A stretch of DNA of 64,000 nucleotides from Takakia lepidozioides (taxonomy: Eukaryota > Plantae > Bryophyta): positions 34,410,001-34,474,000 of the forward strand of contig CM060734.1 of NCBI GenBank assembly GCA_030704615.1, in the 5' to 3' direction. The position numbers and the translations under genes are program-made. The notes below the pieces were generated by a model. It had not been told where the DNA came from, ran no database searches, and worked only from the letters and a program-made list of their open reading frames with translations. Shown here piece by piece: positions 11,771 to 26,500 of this stretch (its first letter is position 1; each line of letters opens with the position of its first letter).

Positions 11771-14700
11771 GTGTAATGAGGTTAGGCATAAAACTTCCCT
11801 GAACTTGTTCCCAGTCTGTGACATGGGCGAGGACCTCAGGGATGATCTCAAGGGCCTACCTACCTCGGTACTAGACTGAAATTTAAACTAAGGGCGGGAA
11901 GGCTTAGTCTGGGATATTCTCCCCATAGAGTGACCCTGTTCAGGATCATCAAGAACATTGTCCCCGCACGTCTGTTCACCAACTTTGAAAATCTTGAGGC
12001 TGAGCCTAAAGTCGTGGCCTTGTTGGGGTCTAATTGCTGGGTATCTCGCTCACACACAGCAAGTTGATGCATGTGAAGGGCTTTCTAGAGGATATCTGGA
12101 AAACCCGAAGTAGTAAGTCCACTACCGCAGTGAGCCCCTCACAAACGTAGTATCTGTTCCCTTTTGTTCCGCCCAAACTGGGCGCGGGATCTATGGCCAC
12201 AAGGCTATGGCAAACAATGTCTTATGAGTTCATTCTCTCTCTGTCTGTCTGTGTGTTGAGCCTAAAGCCCTGGCCCTTTTGGGTCTAATTGCTGCGTAGC
12301 TCACACATGGCAGATTGATGCTTGTGTGAAGGGATTTATCTGAAAGGCCAAACCAATTGTTTATACCAAGGTAAGTCCCACTACTGGATTGAGCCCCTCA
12401 CAAAGGTAGTGTCTGTTCCCTCTTGTTCTGCCAAACTAGGTGTTGGCCACAAGGCTACGGCAACAATGTCTCATAAGTACAATCTCTCTCTCTTTGTGCC
12501 AACCTAGCATGCATGTAGTGTGCACACTTCAAAACACGTATTTGTTGATGCTTCTGGGTGCCTGCATGATTACTTCCTCCTAGGTTCAGATAGGTTGTAT
12601 GAAGGTGGGGTTCGCAGTGGTTGTGGACCATTAGTTTGTACTTGTGCTGCGGTTAGCTGACGGCAAACGGAAGATGTTGCAGAAACCTAGTGTTGGGGTT
12701 ATGGGAGAGGGACGTGAAGCATCTACTGCTGGTCACTGACTGTGGAATAAGTTCTTCACCTTCAGCCAACGAGCCTCTGCGTGCTTGTCTCATTCGTGAG
12801 ATTCACAAGTTCTTGGATTTTCATGTATGCTCCTCTTCTCATCTTGTGTAGATTTCTATCTTTCTGAGCTCGGACTGAAAGAGGCTGTGTCATGTATATT
12901 GTGTAGAACTTACGGCAACCAACAAAAGTTTGATCCGGTGTGATTGAAGCATGAAAGTACCAGGCTTGTGGTTTTTTGGGTCATGTGGGGGATGCCCAAA
13001 GCACCCATAGAAGAGAGAGATTCTTCAATAACCAGAGATCATTATTTCCCAGGGGTATCCATAGATATGGTAGTTCTAGCTAAATATCAGTTAGGGCAGG
13101 CAGGAATGGAGGACATGACACTGGGCCCAGTATTTTCACCATTATCTTCATTTCAGTATTGCTGTTGAGAAAGTACAATATTAGCTCTGTACACATTGAA
13201 TGGATGAGGTCTGACTCTTTAACTCTTTTGCATTTTAAACTTGTCCACATGCATAAATACAAGTAGCTTCTTCCCTATTATACATGCTATGTACTCTATG
13301 ATTTGGAGCTTGTTTATGTGAGTGATCATTTGACTGCTGACTCTGGCCACTGCCATTGTCCATTTGCAACTGCATTCATAGGTAACTCTGCTTTTTCCTG
13401 TATTAGGGGTACATCAACATAGGTGTGGCTACCAAGCGTCTGAAACAGACAGAAGACGGAGGAAAGTTTTGTCTGTTTGGAGCTAGCCAACCTGAAAGTG
13501 AGGAATATGACAGGGAGATGATGTTTGAAGCAGCAGAGATGGAGGCCGCTGAAGAGGTGGCATTAATTTTAGGTCAGTCGTTTTCTGTACTTTTTAGGCA
13601 AAGGATGTTATGGTGTTGTAGTGTCAAGGGTTACTGCTTGATACATTCATATTGAAGTTCAGTGTTTTTTCTTCCTTTAAGAATTGTGGCAGCTGGTATA
13701 TGCATTGCAATACCTCAGCTGGCTTGCTCTCACACCCTCTCCTCTTTTCGTCTTTACTCAATTGCATGCCAGGAGTGATTTTGAAGTTTTGTCTTACTTT
13801 ATGTGTTGACTACCCAATTGAACTCTAGAAACTCTGTTTACAGGCCAAATCCGTGGAGATCCAGACTCGGGGTCCATGAATATCAAGACTGATCACGAGG
13901 TTGTAAAACAAGCACAGCATGGTGTTTTCAATCCAAATGGACTGGAAAGCCATGAAGAGGATGGGTTGGAAGATCCAGAGTCCACTTCAAAGAAGATCAC
14001 CAGCAACGGGGAGACAGTACCCATGGACATTGATGTGATTCCAAGTGTGGCATGTGATGCCACTGACACCTTGGGTTTCTCTGAAGTTCCAGGTGAGATC
14101 ACTGCTTGGAGAAAGCTTCATGGGGAGGAGCCAAGGGAAGAGGGCCTTGGGATTGCAGGTGTAGTTGAGGGTCCAAAGACTAATCAAGGGCTATCCATCT
14201 TTCATCAAAAGATGGTGTGCAAAGGTGACGAAGTGGAGGCGACTCAGGAATCAGAGGATGAAAAGGAAGGAGAGATAGATGACATGGCAACTCTTGACCA
14301 AGTGTTTGCTCGTCTTAGAACCTCTCGGCAAGCGGATAAGTGTGGTAGGAGAGCAGACTCCAAGTTCTCCCAGCCACAGCCTGCTGTAGCAAAGGATGAG
14401 CTTGATGAGTTCAACAGTGCGGAAGTGCTACATAACCTACACAAAGGTGATGCACCAGTCGAGGGCTTCTCGGTCTTAAAGGCTCCCACACGACTAGAGA
14501 TGGAGGGGGATTTGAATGTTGAAGAAAGAGAGGTAGCCAAACGAGTTGTTATTGTTGGTGCCGGACCTGCTGGTCTAGCTGCTGCACGACATATGCAACG
14601 CATGAATTTCCAGGTAACAGTACTTGAGGCTCGTGAGCGTGTTGGGGGTCGGGTTTATACTGACCGATCGACATTCTCAGTTCCAGTTGATTTGGGTGCC

Positions 14701-17700
14701 AGCATCATCACAGGTATGTATGGCCTACCCGATTTTTCCTCCCCACCTGACTAAGTTACCTGTGACCTCTGAATTAAAATCATTGCTGGCATCCTGTTCC
14801 ACTGGTGGTGTAAGAAGTTTACTGGATGCAAGTACTTTCTATAGAAGCTAGCTTTGCGTTTCTCATAGACGTTGTGAGCTAGTCAGACCTTCCTCAGTGT
14901 CTCAAAAGGCAGATGATATAGAAATGGACTGGAGAAAGAAAGAGGGGTTTAAGACATGTTTCTGTTTGAATTACCAGGGGTGGAGGCTGACGTAGCGACA
15001 GAAAGGAGACCTGATCCATCTGCCCTGCTCTGCAAGCAACTTGGATTGGAGATTACAACACTGCGGGGGGACTGCCCTCTCTACGACTGTGTTACAGGGC
15101 AGAAAGTTCCAGCAGACATAGATGCAGCATTAGAGGCTGAATATAACAGTTTGTTGGATGATACTGTTACACTGGTGGCTCAAAACGGGGATACTGCGAT
15201 GCGCATGTCTCTTGGGGAAGGCCTAGAGCAAGCTTTGAAGAGACGGCGAGCTAATTTGGCAGCACGGACGGTGCGGTCTTCGCAAGTGTGTGGGGAATCT
15301 ATTTCATTGGTCAGTACTGCAACTCCCAACGTAAGCCCGTCTGTCAAGCTCGCATCACTTGAGGCTCTTAAGATTGATGATGACAGTGTGGCCAATGGGC
15401 TGAGAAACCCTCTCAGTAGCCCAACCGTCATAACAAGCAATACATCACTGAGTTCATCTGTCAATCAACCATTAAGTAAGAATTTATCCAGCGATATGTT
15501 GACAAGTACAACCAACCCTCAGCTGGTGCCAGGAGAGGAAGAACCAAGAGGGAGCTCTCTGCTGGAAAGTGAGCTTGCTACACCAGGAGGCTTGAGTCAT
15601 GTTCCAGGGACCACACCCCTGAGCAGGATCAAGCAGTTGAGTGGATGTGATGAGGACTTGCTGAAGAATGAGCAGCAAAATTTGAGTCAGTTGGAGCGTC
15701 GTATTATGGACTGGCATTTTGCTAACTTGGAGTATGGCTGCGCAGCTGAGTTGAATGAGGTCTCACTGCCGTACTGGAACCAAGATGATGTGTATGGAGG
15801 GTTTGGTGGGCCACATTGCATGATTAAGGAAGGCTACAGCACTGCTATAGATGCCCTTGGAGACAGTCTGGATGTGCACCTGGGCCAAACAGTCACAGCA
15901 ATTGCCTACCATGTGAAGGAGGGTAAGATGAAAGGGGAAATAAGGCGTGAAGTGACGGTGGAAACAGCCAAGGGTGATGAGTTTATCTGTGAAGCTGTGC
16001 TAGTGACGGTTCCACTGGGTTGCCTGAAGGCACAGACAATTCAGTTCGAACCCCCTCTTCCAGAGTGGAAACTGGCCGCTATCAAGCGCCTAGGATTTGG
16101 CGTTCTGAACAAAGTTGTAATGGAATTTTCTGTTCCGTTTTGGGATGAAACAGTGGACTACTTTGGGGCTACAGCAGAGAGGACAGAAATGCGCGGTCGT
16201 TGTTTCATGTTCTGGAATCTGAAGCGAAGTAGTGGTGCTCCTATTTTAGTGGCGCTAGTCGTAGGCAAAGCAGCCTTTGAAGGTGAGAAACAAGAGAGTT
16301 CAGAGCTGGTGGCGCAAGCACTCAGCATTTTGCGAAAGCTGTTTGGGAAAGGGGCAGTTCCAGAGCCTGCTGCATGTGTTGTGACCAATTGGGGTAGTGA
16401 TATTTACAGCCGAGGGGCCTACTCCTATGTGGCGTTGGGGGCATCTGGGGAGGATTATGATATCCTCTCTCGACCTGTGGACAACTGTGTCTATTTTGCT
16501 GGTGAGGCCACTTGCAAGGAGCACCCGGACACAGTCGGGGGTGCTATGATGAGTGGCCTTCGGGAGGCTGTTAGGATTGTTGATATTTTGGAGAATCGCG
16601 GTGACACCACTGCTGAAGCTGAGGCCATGGCGGCTGCCCAGCGGCAGTCAGACAGTGAGAGGAATGAGGTGTAAATCCTACATATGAACCCCTCTCCCTC
16701 TCTGTCTGTCCCTTCCTCTCATTCATGGCACTCCAATATCAATGTTATCACATTTGTGCATAGACTTGACTCTGCCAGCTTAGCAATGCATGTGGAGTCT
16801 ATCTGGTTTCTGTATTCAAATGTAGTTCCTTTCCTCGTGTATGTACTGAGCAGGAACCTTCTTCATTGAGAGATGATCTCATTTCAAAGCCATTTTGCAC
16901 TCAACTATTAGAACAATGCGTCTAGTTCTAACCAACTCCTGCAGGTGAGGGATATGGTGAAGAGGCTATCAGCAGCTGAGCTCTCAAATGTTTTGAGGGG
17001 GGAGGGAGCCATGATGGATGGCGAAGAAGGGCCCCTCAGCCGTGCAGACTTGCTAAAAGATATGTTCGGCAACGCCAAGACAACAGCAGGGCGGCTGTTA
17101 CTAGTGAAGGAGATGCTGCACCTGCCAATTGCATCTCTTACTGCATTTGCGGGTACAAAGGCGGGTCTCACAGTTCTAAATAGTTGGATCCTGGTGCGTT
17201 TCTCTGGAATCAACTGTAGGAGGATGTGTTAGCAAGGAAATTCTGGAAGAGATTGCACAGTGTGTCGTATCAATCAGCCCAGATTTGCTGTTCAATGGTC
17301 CACCCTTGTGACCACAGAACTTAAGATGAATACATCCTACAGAGGTGTTTGCCAGATATATACCATCTACAGAGGAGGCTCATAATAGGGTGAATGGTTC
17401 TACTAAGTCAATTGACTGATGCATGGCTCCTACTAGAATAATGTCGTTTTGCTTTGAAGGGCATTCAACTTTATGTCCACAGAGACTGTCCCTTAACAAA
17501 ATTGTACCACAAAGGGCTATGTGTATGTATGTGCTACCTAATACCACTTTTGCCATTGTAATATCTATGGCCAACTGAGTGGTAAGGAACATCTGGTCAT
17601 TCTGTGGCACATGTTGAGTTTTGCTATGAATACACATTCTTGCAGGACTCAATGGGGAAGGATGGTACCCAGCTTCTTCGCCATTGTGTACGCCTTCTTC

Positions 17701-20700
17701 TTGCTGTGGCTACTGACCTTCTTTCCATCCGGCAATCTGGTCCGTTGTGCTTGCCCTGGTTTTTATCTTTCCCATCTGTTAATGCTTCTAGTCAGCCTGA
17801 CTATCTCGCCTTGTCTGTGTCTGGCCTCTCTCCTCCCTCAAGATGTTGAGCCCTGGTAATGTTCTTAATCCACATTCCCTGCCGCTTGTGTGGGCCCCCT
17901 AAATGTGACATGCACTGTTGGCATGGCAGGCGTGGGCCGAACGGTGAAGGAAAAAGTATGCGTTCACACTAGCCGTGACATTCGTGCAGTGGCTGGCCAG
18001 TTGGTCAAACTTTGGATTGAGGTCTTTCGCAGAGAGAAATCTGCACATGGATTCACCAAACTTGCCAAGAAACCTGCAGATGGCTCACCAAGTGCTTTGG
18101 CCAGCAGCTACAGGGGGAAGGTAAAGGATCAGAAGTGCACTGTGACAACTGGCAAGCAAGTTTCTTCACCTGAAGCTCCTTCCACTGTCAATTTTAAAGG
18201 CTGGCCTTCTATGCGGGCAGCATCTCCGTCTGCCGGTCAGAGCAAGGTAGGGAATTCCGAAGTGCAATCGCAATGTGCATTTGCAGATGAACACATTGCC
18301 TGTCCTGGACCTTCATGTTTGTGCGTCCTTATTATACACATAGAAATTTCAATGTAAACTCTTGATCTTGCTGTTTGTGCAGGTATTGACTGGTGAAGAA
18401 CTACGAAGTGACAACCATAGCATTAAATCAGAGATTGGGGTGGAATCTTCACAAGAGAGAGTGATGTCAGAATTGGAGGTTGCAGCTCTTGCGGCAGCTG
18501 AAGCAGCACAAGCGGCTGCCATTGCTGCTGCAGAGGTTTGATACAGCAACCTGCTGCTGCTTCTTACCATTAAATCTGACTAGCTCTCAGCCTGATAGGC
18601 CCCTGGATTGGCTGGTTTTCATTTTGTAATTTCTGGGGGGCAATGAAGAAGCAGGCCCTGTTTTGAATTGTCTTTTAATCTGGTGTATCTGGTGGACACT
18701 CCCCATTTCTAACTGTACTGGCAGGATCCAGCTTAATGCGCCACAATATACAATATATATTATGAGAGAAGGAGAGGGAAGCAAATTTAACTTGGTATGA
18801 TGAGTTTTTGCTCATGCCCTTGAGGTGTGTTGAGCTTGTAATCAGGCCCTTTGCCAAGGCCACTACGCTATGATGGATATTGTGACAGCAAGTGCCACAA
18901 TATACAGCATAACATGATAAGAGAGATTTGTTGGTGTGATGAGGTTTTTGCTCGTGCCCTTGAGCTTATATGGTGTGTTGAACTTATGTGCAGGCTTATG
19001 CCAACGCTGAGGCAGAGCGAAATGCACAACCGGTACTGCCCAAAATTATGTCATTTCATAAGTTTGCAAAGCGAGAGAAGGACGAGGCCGTGGAATGGAA
19101 GAAGAAGAGAGGGACATCAGCTCCGGAAAGGCAGGTGGACCCTCCTTCAACAAGTGCAAATTGGTTGCCCTTGAAAGGTGAGTAGTCTAGTCAGTAGAAG
19201 CAGCGAACTGGTTGGCTGTTGAGGTGTGCTATTATTGATGTGCAGCTAAGGGAAAAAGCAGTTTTCCTCCTTCGTGGCTTCTAGCATTGCACGTTACATC
19301 TTGATAATCCTGGCAATCCAAGTTACTGAAAGGTATCAACCAGAGTTGGACTGGTATATAGGTGAAGGACTGGTATATAATACTGGTATATGCACTGGTA
19401 TTAGATACCAGACCAGTCTGGTATCATTTGGGAGAGTACTTGGTCATATACCAGACCAGGCTGGTATCAGTTCTTTCATACCAGCCACAATACCAGTACT
19501 CCCCCACCTTCTTCCTAATTTACTCTGGTACGTATACTGAAGTAATTTATGTGTACATCTGATTATATATTTGTACTTAAGTATATTTATTTCTTTATGT
19601 ATATTTTATTTGTTTTCACTTGATACTTGCCATTGGACACATTGTAACTCAAGATGGCTTTGTAATGATACCAGAGTTGATATCTCATACCAGCTGGTAT
19701 TGTGGTCATGATACTCATATTCATACCAGTATGTGGAAGAAAATACATCCACCATTATATAGACCAGACTGGTATGAAAGTTTTGTGATTCGTCTGGTAC
19801 CAGGACCAGTCTGGTATGTTAAAAACTTGATACCAGTCCAACACTGGTATCAACCCTTCCATTGCCAGTTGGGGTCTTTTCACCTCACCATGGTATGGAC
19901 TTCGATCCATGATTTGCAAGGGCTTGCACATGGCTGATTGCTCTCTCTCTCCTTCAAATATTCAGGCTTTAAATAAAGATGAAAGGAGATTGTTTTTTGA
20001 AGTGGAAAAAACTATGCAGGGGTTGATGATGCAGGCCCTGGACGAACCAGCAGTCGTTCCATTGAGTTGGCTGGTTGTTGTGGCAGCGTTGGCAGCCCAG
20101 GCCAGGCCCTTATGAGACCATTTAGTGGATTAGAAGCTATCAGCAACTCTCTTGCTGGTGAGCTTACGAGTAGTGTCCAGTTGGAGGGTACAGAGATATT
20201 CTCTTCTTGCCTGAAAGAGCAATCAGCAGAGGTAGTTAGTGGGGGTTTTAGTGAAATTGGGGCAGGTGAGGGGATAGGTGACAGTCACAACAGTTTGCTA
20301 GGAAGAAGAGAATTGACTTCTCAGATGGAGGTCTTGAATACACAAGTCAATTTAGGGTTAAGCAGACAGTCCTGGGAAGGAAATCAGCAGTTACCTGGTG
20401 AGGTTGCAAGGGCAGATGATAGGGTTGAAGGCCGCATACAGACCCATTTAAGTCAAGGGATTGGGGGTTTAGAGACCAGTAAGGATGAACGGAAAGGTCA
20501 GGAGCCAATCAGAAGGGCTGTGTCTGACTATGTGGCTCAGTTGCTCACTCCCCTTTACAAGACGAGAAAGATACAGAAGGACGACTATAAAGCTATCTTG
20601 AAGAAAACAACTGCTAAGGTGAGCATTTGGAGTAAATTCATGGGTGTGAGTTGCTTGCATGAAAATGTCTCTATCCCTATCTTCCTCTTTTTTTTTGGTG

Positions 20701-21486
20701 TACTCAAATCCCTTGTCTTTCTCTCGCTAACACCACAGCAACAAAGTCTCATGAGTACGTTCTCAACAAATGCATGTTTCTTTGCGATAAGTGGGTGAGA
20801 AAGTAACTATGAAAATGAATAGAACCGATGCCAAGTCCTAGTTACAGCTCTATGTTCACATCAGAAATGTGGCTAATATGGTTCATGATAACAGGTAATG
20901 GAGCGCAGCACTGCAATGGATAACACATTGGATGTGTCTGAGTTTCTCAACTGCAAACGGAAGAATAAGGTAGGTTTATCAGCACTTTCAAATTTACAAC
21001 CGGTTCCTAGTTTATCAGTATAGGGTGAGATTGGCCATTTAAGAAGGTAGGGGCAGAGTAATTCAGAAACAAATGTGGTGTGGGAGGGATAAGAATGCTG
21101 TCCTGTCACCTTACTGATAATGCCTCACAAGATCCAGAGTGCCCTAGACCATCTATCAGATTTGAATCTCTCTTCAATGCCAGTAGGGCTTGTGGATGGC
21201 TAACAATTCTAGTTATAGAGTCAAAATGTTATCGTTAGGCTTGGTTTGTGGTCACTTATTGGCTCTAGTCCCTGCGTGGTTGGAGAGACCATATGTGGCC
21301 AAAGAGATGAGAATTGACTTGCTTGTTTTGCTTAGGGAGAGGGATAGAGGTTGAAGTAGACAATTAACTAGCATACTCAAGGCATCCATATGCTGCTCTC
21401 ATAACTGATGTCAAGTTCTTGGGTTGCAGATACGCTCATTGGTTGATATTTTAGTGGAGAAATACATGAAAGGTGAGTCCCACTAG
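9418..21486 (+). CDS. LDL3: Lysine-specific histone demethylase 1 homolog 3-like (SWIRM + amine oxidase + TFIIS-N-like + SRI-like), copy A
   Basis: Exons: 9418-10322, 11457-11735, 12683-12824, 13407-13572, 13844-14713, 14978-16668, 16945-17193, 17646-17739, 17930-18246, 18383-18535, 18994-19177, 20020-20618, 20895-20969, 21430-21486. Motifs: [115 protein letters not shown]. Confidence 0.92.
11775..12490 (+). mobile_element. Two tandem 3' fragments of the same LINE family in LDL3-A intron 2
   Basis: Homologous to 4701-5270 in the opposite orientation. The fragments end ...cttatgagttcattctctct (~12240) and ...cataagtacaatctctctctct (~12490), and begin right after a (CT)n tract at 11739-11770. 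Absent from the matching intron of copy B. Confidence 0.85.
19341..19846. mobile_element. Non-autonomous hAT element (MITE-like, 506 bp) in an LDL3-A intron
   Basis: TIRs CAGAGTTGGACTGGTAT ... ATACCAGTCCAACACTG; perfect 8-bp TSD GTATCAAC at 19333-19340 and 19847-19854; many subterminal CTGGTAT/ATACCAG motifs. Confidence 0.88.
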
Positions 21487-23506
21487 CCAGCTTTCTTTAG
21501 ATGGGTGCTCTCGAGGGCCCCTCAGCACTGGTTTGTTAAATTCAGATCAGTAATTCAGGGGGGACTTGACCAGAAATCTCCAAGGCAACATGTTTGCCTT
21601 CGAAAATTGTAAGCCAAATATTTTTCATATCTTCTAAGGAGCGATGGCAAAGATCTGTTCATACCTTAGGCATTATTATGCCTATGCTTGTCCATGGAAT
21701 GTTTTGTCTGCTTTGACAAGTTTGTATCCTCCCAAGAAAACCTGTTGCAAAAGGCTAGATAATATCAATTGGTTTGTGATGTGGAGGACATACTTCTTGC
21801 AACTAGTCCGGTTTGTATTGTGGGTTTGACATTGTGTATAGACTTCTTATCGTGAGAGCACGTTCAGTGAAGATTCTTCCAAAAGTGCTTTTAATTTGAG
21901 GTCATGGATCATACTTATATGAAGCATGAGGTCAAATAGGCATGAGTTGGATACAAAATGAGATGAGCTAAGACAATTAAAACCAGAAAAAATGGAGAAA
22001 AAATGAGAATTCTTTCATGTGCAGATTGTAATATTGCTTGAAACAAGCATGATTTGACACAGACTTCCCAAACTCACGAGGCTGAAGAATAAAGAACGAG
22101 AAAAAATATGAAAAGGCTTTCCCTATTTGCCAGTGCAATGTTTTTCTGGGTATGTTCTTCCTTAAGAAAATGAGAAGTCTGTACCAACTTCACATTCCCG
22201 AAGGGAAGAGAAACAATGGAGGCTAAACAAATGGGGGGGCAACTGCCCGTGAATTCCAACGGACTAAGAGAGCCAAAAAATCAGAAAAAATAAGCAGGCA
22301 AGGCCCGGAGAGAGACATAGCACCAATGAAGAGACCAGCAGGAGTCACCATGACATAGACAGCAGAACAAGAACCGAAAAACTAACGATAAACACTAGGA
22401 GACTAATGCTCTCACATGTGTCCTTCTCTAACCACCCTCTCTTTAGAGGTGGTTTAGAGGAGAATCCCTATCTAACCCTTCAAAACCCGTTGCACTCATC
22501 CTATTTTCCTCACCATTGCAAATTTGTACATCCATGGGCTGAGCATGTAACAAAATTATAAGTGAATTTTTTGCGCTGCCCATCCTTGAGCTACAAGAAG
22601 AACCACCCTGAAAATTCTGAATATTTGTGGAAAGGTGGGTTAGCTAGTAAGACTCGGAGTGTGCTGAGCCCCAAAAAGAACTATAAACTCCCCTTATGTT
22701 TGTACTAATTTGTGTAGAAAACCGGGAGTTTTGCCCCAACTGCTGGGGTCTTTTTCTTGTCACTCTCTCAAATTTTCTGAGGTTATATGGTGCCAAGTTA
22801 GTAGCTCACCTGTTATGTGGTCAGTTTCCATGGATGTTAGTTTTGTATTAGAATTGGCCCTTTCAGTGGCCGGAGGTTCAGTTGTTTTGCAGTTTTGCAA
22901 GAAATGCTTGGGACATTAGGGGTGAAGCAGCAAGCAGAAATTACAATGCGGTTCCCTTGCTGAGGATATATGCACTACTGTCAGCCTGGGAAAGGCGATG
23001 TGCTCTGGCATTAGAACATACTTGGAAGATGATGGGGATTGATTACTTCCTCAAGCTTTTGGTATGGAAATGGAATCTGGACCTTTGAAATGAATAAGAT
23101 TGGAGGTGGAGGAAATTTACCAAAGTGCAGACTCAATTCCCTAACTATGGTGTGTTTTGTGTGCACATCTTGTTCTCAGACCTGCTAGCTGTCTAGCAGT
23201 TCTCTCTCTCTCTCTCTCTCTCTCTCCATCAACTGCACACGCGTGGAGTCATGTTTTTGATTTGCTGAAATATTGGGGCGTTTTTTTTTTCCGTAAGAGT
23301 GATGGCATGGAGCTTGGTAACTGATGAGACTAGAGGGCTGGACGCAAATAGAGGAGCGGTATCGACCGTCACTGGAGGTACAGATTAATGCAAGAGGATG
23401 GTGGTCTAGCTGTGGTAGGAGTGTTTTAAGATGAGCACTAAAGCAAGCACGCATGTGGTAACCACCCAATCCGTATGGCAGGCATACTTGATGACAGGTA
23501 TGTTTG

Positions 23507-26500
23507 ATGGAGGAGCAAGAAATAGGGAGGCCACTAGACGCTCAAGTGCGGATGGCGCCTGCAAATTGTAGGCCTTGCTTTGCAGATATCCTTGCCCCTG
23601 CTCCTGTCTTGTGCACAATTTTAGATGACTCGAATTTTGTCGGAATCTCACATCCAGGGGTTCTGCAGTGGCCGTGTACACAAAGATGCCAGTACTTTGA
23701 TTCGTACGAGGTTGCTTAATGGAGATTTGTTTTCTGGTGATAAAGCCTTGGTAAAGCCAGAGGCTTTTGAAAATACCGGTATTGTTTGCGAAAGAGAGAA
23801 GGTGACTAATGAGTGTACGGTACCTTCAGCCCAATCACAAGGATTTGATGAAATGGACATTAGGGATGAGGAAACAGCAACACGGGTGGGAGACGAATGC
23901 CTTACCAATTGTGGGCGGGAACATCAGAGAAGGGTGAGTCTTACCACCTCTGGCACCAACGAGGTGACTGGCCGGATTTTGGAAGAGTCCAATGTTGAGG
24001 ACCTACAAATCATGTGCGAGTCTGTGAAGCATGAATTATCTGCAGACAATAATTTTTTCATATCCTCAGCGACAATGCCAGATGAAAATTCGAGAGCAGC
24101 TCTGGCCAGACTTTCGGAATATGTTCATCTCAAGGTGGAAGCCAGAGTAGGCTCCAAGTTCCTTCTGAACAGCTCTTCACGAAATGGGTTATTGGGTTAT
24201 GATCAACCGGAAACGGATCCTAGTTGCTTCAACTCAAAGCCTGATAATGGGGTTGATGGAATATCCCACCAGAATGGAGGGGGATGTCGGAAAGGAGAAG
24301 GGGCCATGTCCAAGAGTGCCATGGCAACTTCACGGAAAAACTATCCAAGCAAGGGGATCAAAAGGAGTGTCAAGAAAGGAATCTTAGAAGGGCGTCATCG
24401 GAAAGCTAAGAAGCGCAGGTATTTGTGTCATAGCAGACCAATTTTCCCGTACCTGGAAGACTATATATCTTCCATAGAAAGAAAGTGAGATCATTCGAAT
24501 GGGGAGTCTAACCTCTTCATATATTCATGACCATGGTACACAGTGAGGAATTAGATGTGTCCATGTCAGTTCTCTAAGTTACAAGGATTTCTTCACTGCA
24601 CCTGGTAGTGGGATGGTCCTGGCCAGGCTCTTTAGCTTAGTCAAGCTACAACAATCGAAGCCAAGGTTGCTATGGAATATGTAAAATTTGAGCACAGTTT
24701 ATGAGTACGCTGACTATCTGGACAAAGAGTTCTGAGTTGTTTCCTGCTTACTTGACACTAGTCTTGTGCATGTGCATGGGAGTCCAAAGTGTATGGTTTC
24801 AAGGATGATTTCCAGTTGAGACCTTGTTGCAAATGCATCTTGTTTGTGTCTCTCTTGTTGTGCTAACAATCTTCTTTAGGGGATCTTTAAAGGCTCATCA
24901 TATTTGTCTGGTGGACCTCAAATCTTAGACTTGCTCCCAGTGGATTTTACCAAGTACTGGTTATCGTAAGCTCCTCTCTTGCAAATCCATCCAACTGGGC
25001 AATCTGATCAGATAAGGTTGAGCAAGTTTATTGGCATGTTCGTTTCTCCAGTTGACATTTGCAGATTGTTCCATTCATGAGTATGTGATTGCAGGCATGG
25101 TGATATGACATATGAGAGCGACATGGAGTGGGATGTTATAATGGGCGAGGTGGAGTCCCCACCTGACTGGAGCGGGCACCCGGAGAAAGATCGATTAAGT
25201 AGGGGGAGAGTGAAGGCTGGCTTGACATTACCATCTCCTGGCCAGCCCTTACAGGGTGAGGCTGCGGCAATTGCTGTGGGGCTGCAAGCACGGGCCCCTG
25301 GCCCAGCTGAACGAATCTGTTTCAAAGATGCCTTGAGAAGGCGGGGAGGTCTTCAGGAGTATTTGGAGTGCAGGTTGTTGCCATAGGCTTCTTTTTGCAC
25401 TTCATTTCCTAACCTAGCATAACTGTTGTGTGCATACTTCAAAACATGTTAGTCGATGCTTGTGTACCACATGATTCCTTCATCCTAGGTGCAGATGATA
25501 GTTTGTATGGAGGCGGGGGTGGTTACATAGTTTTGCAGTGGTTGTCAGGTCAAAACTTTGCATTTGGGCTGCCTCTGGCTGACTGCAAATGTGGGATGTT
25601 GCAGGAACCTAGTTTTGGGGTTATGGGAGAGGGATGTGAAGCATCTACTGCTGGTCACTGATTGTGGCATAAGTGCTTTGCCTTCAGCCAAAGAGCCTCA
25701 GCGTGCATGTCTCATTCGTGAGATTCACAAGTTCTTGGATTTTCAGGTGTGCTCCTCTTCTTCACCTTTACATTTGTTGTTGAATTCTTGACCCTTTGCT
25801 ATTGGATTATTCTGTGCGACATATTCTTTTATGTGGTGATGAGCTGTCATTTTCTACACCATGCAAATTGGTCTATATGACAAGTGAAAAAGAAATACAC
25901 TTTAATAACGTCCACAAGTGGGAGAGATCTAGAGAGAGAAAGAGCAAAATTTGTGGAGAGGTAGTCAGTGAAAGCCTTTCATTATATCAGCTTCTCTATG
26001 CAACTAAGTCCCAGAGAGCTTGCAAGGTCAGGACGAGAGAGTGTCTGCTACTATGATTGTAGCTGACTGCCAATGAGAGCAGTAAGCAAGGACAACAACT
26101 CTTCTCTTGACATTTATTCGAAGATTGCTGTTGAAAGAGTGCAAAAGTTGTTCCATGTATTGAAGGGAAAAATGTTTGACTTGACTCCTTGAACATTAAA
26201 ATGGTCGCTAATTCTGAAAATATGATTAGCTTCCATTCTTTTGTAACTTGTATAACAGCTGCTGCTGGACATTACTCCCCTTTTATCTTGCAACCAAACT
26301 CTTAGGTAGTATTGGTTGTTTTTGTATCAGGGATACATCAACGTAGGTGTGGCAACCAAGCGTCTTAAACAGACAACTGGGATAGGCAACCATGGCCTCT
26401 TTGGAGCTAGCCAACTGGAAAGTAGCAAAGGTAACAGGGAGATGATATTTGAAGCAGCAGAGATGGAGGCAGCCGAAGAGGTGGCATTAATTCTAGGTCA

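Noticed and set aside
19274-19937. ORFs within the MITE, also seen in the second copy
   Set aside because: The similarity only reflects the repeated element; there are no transposase motifs.
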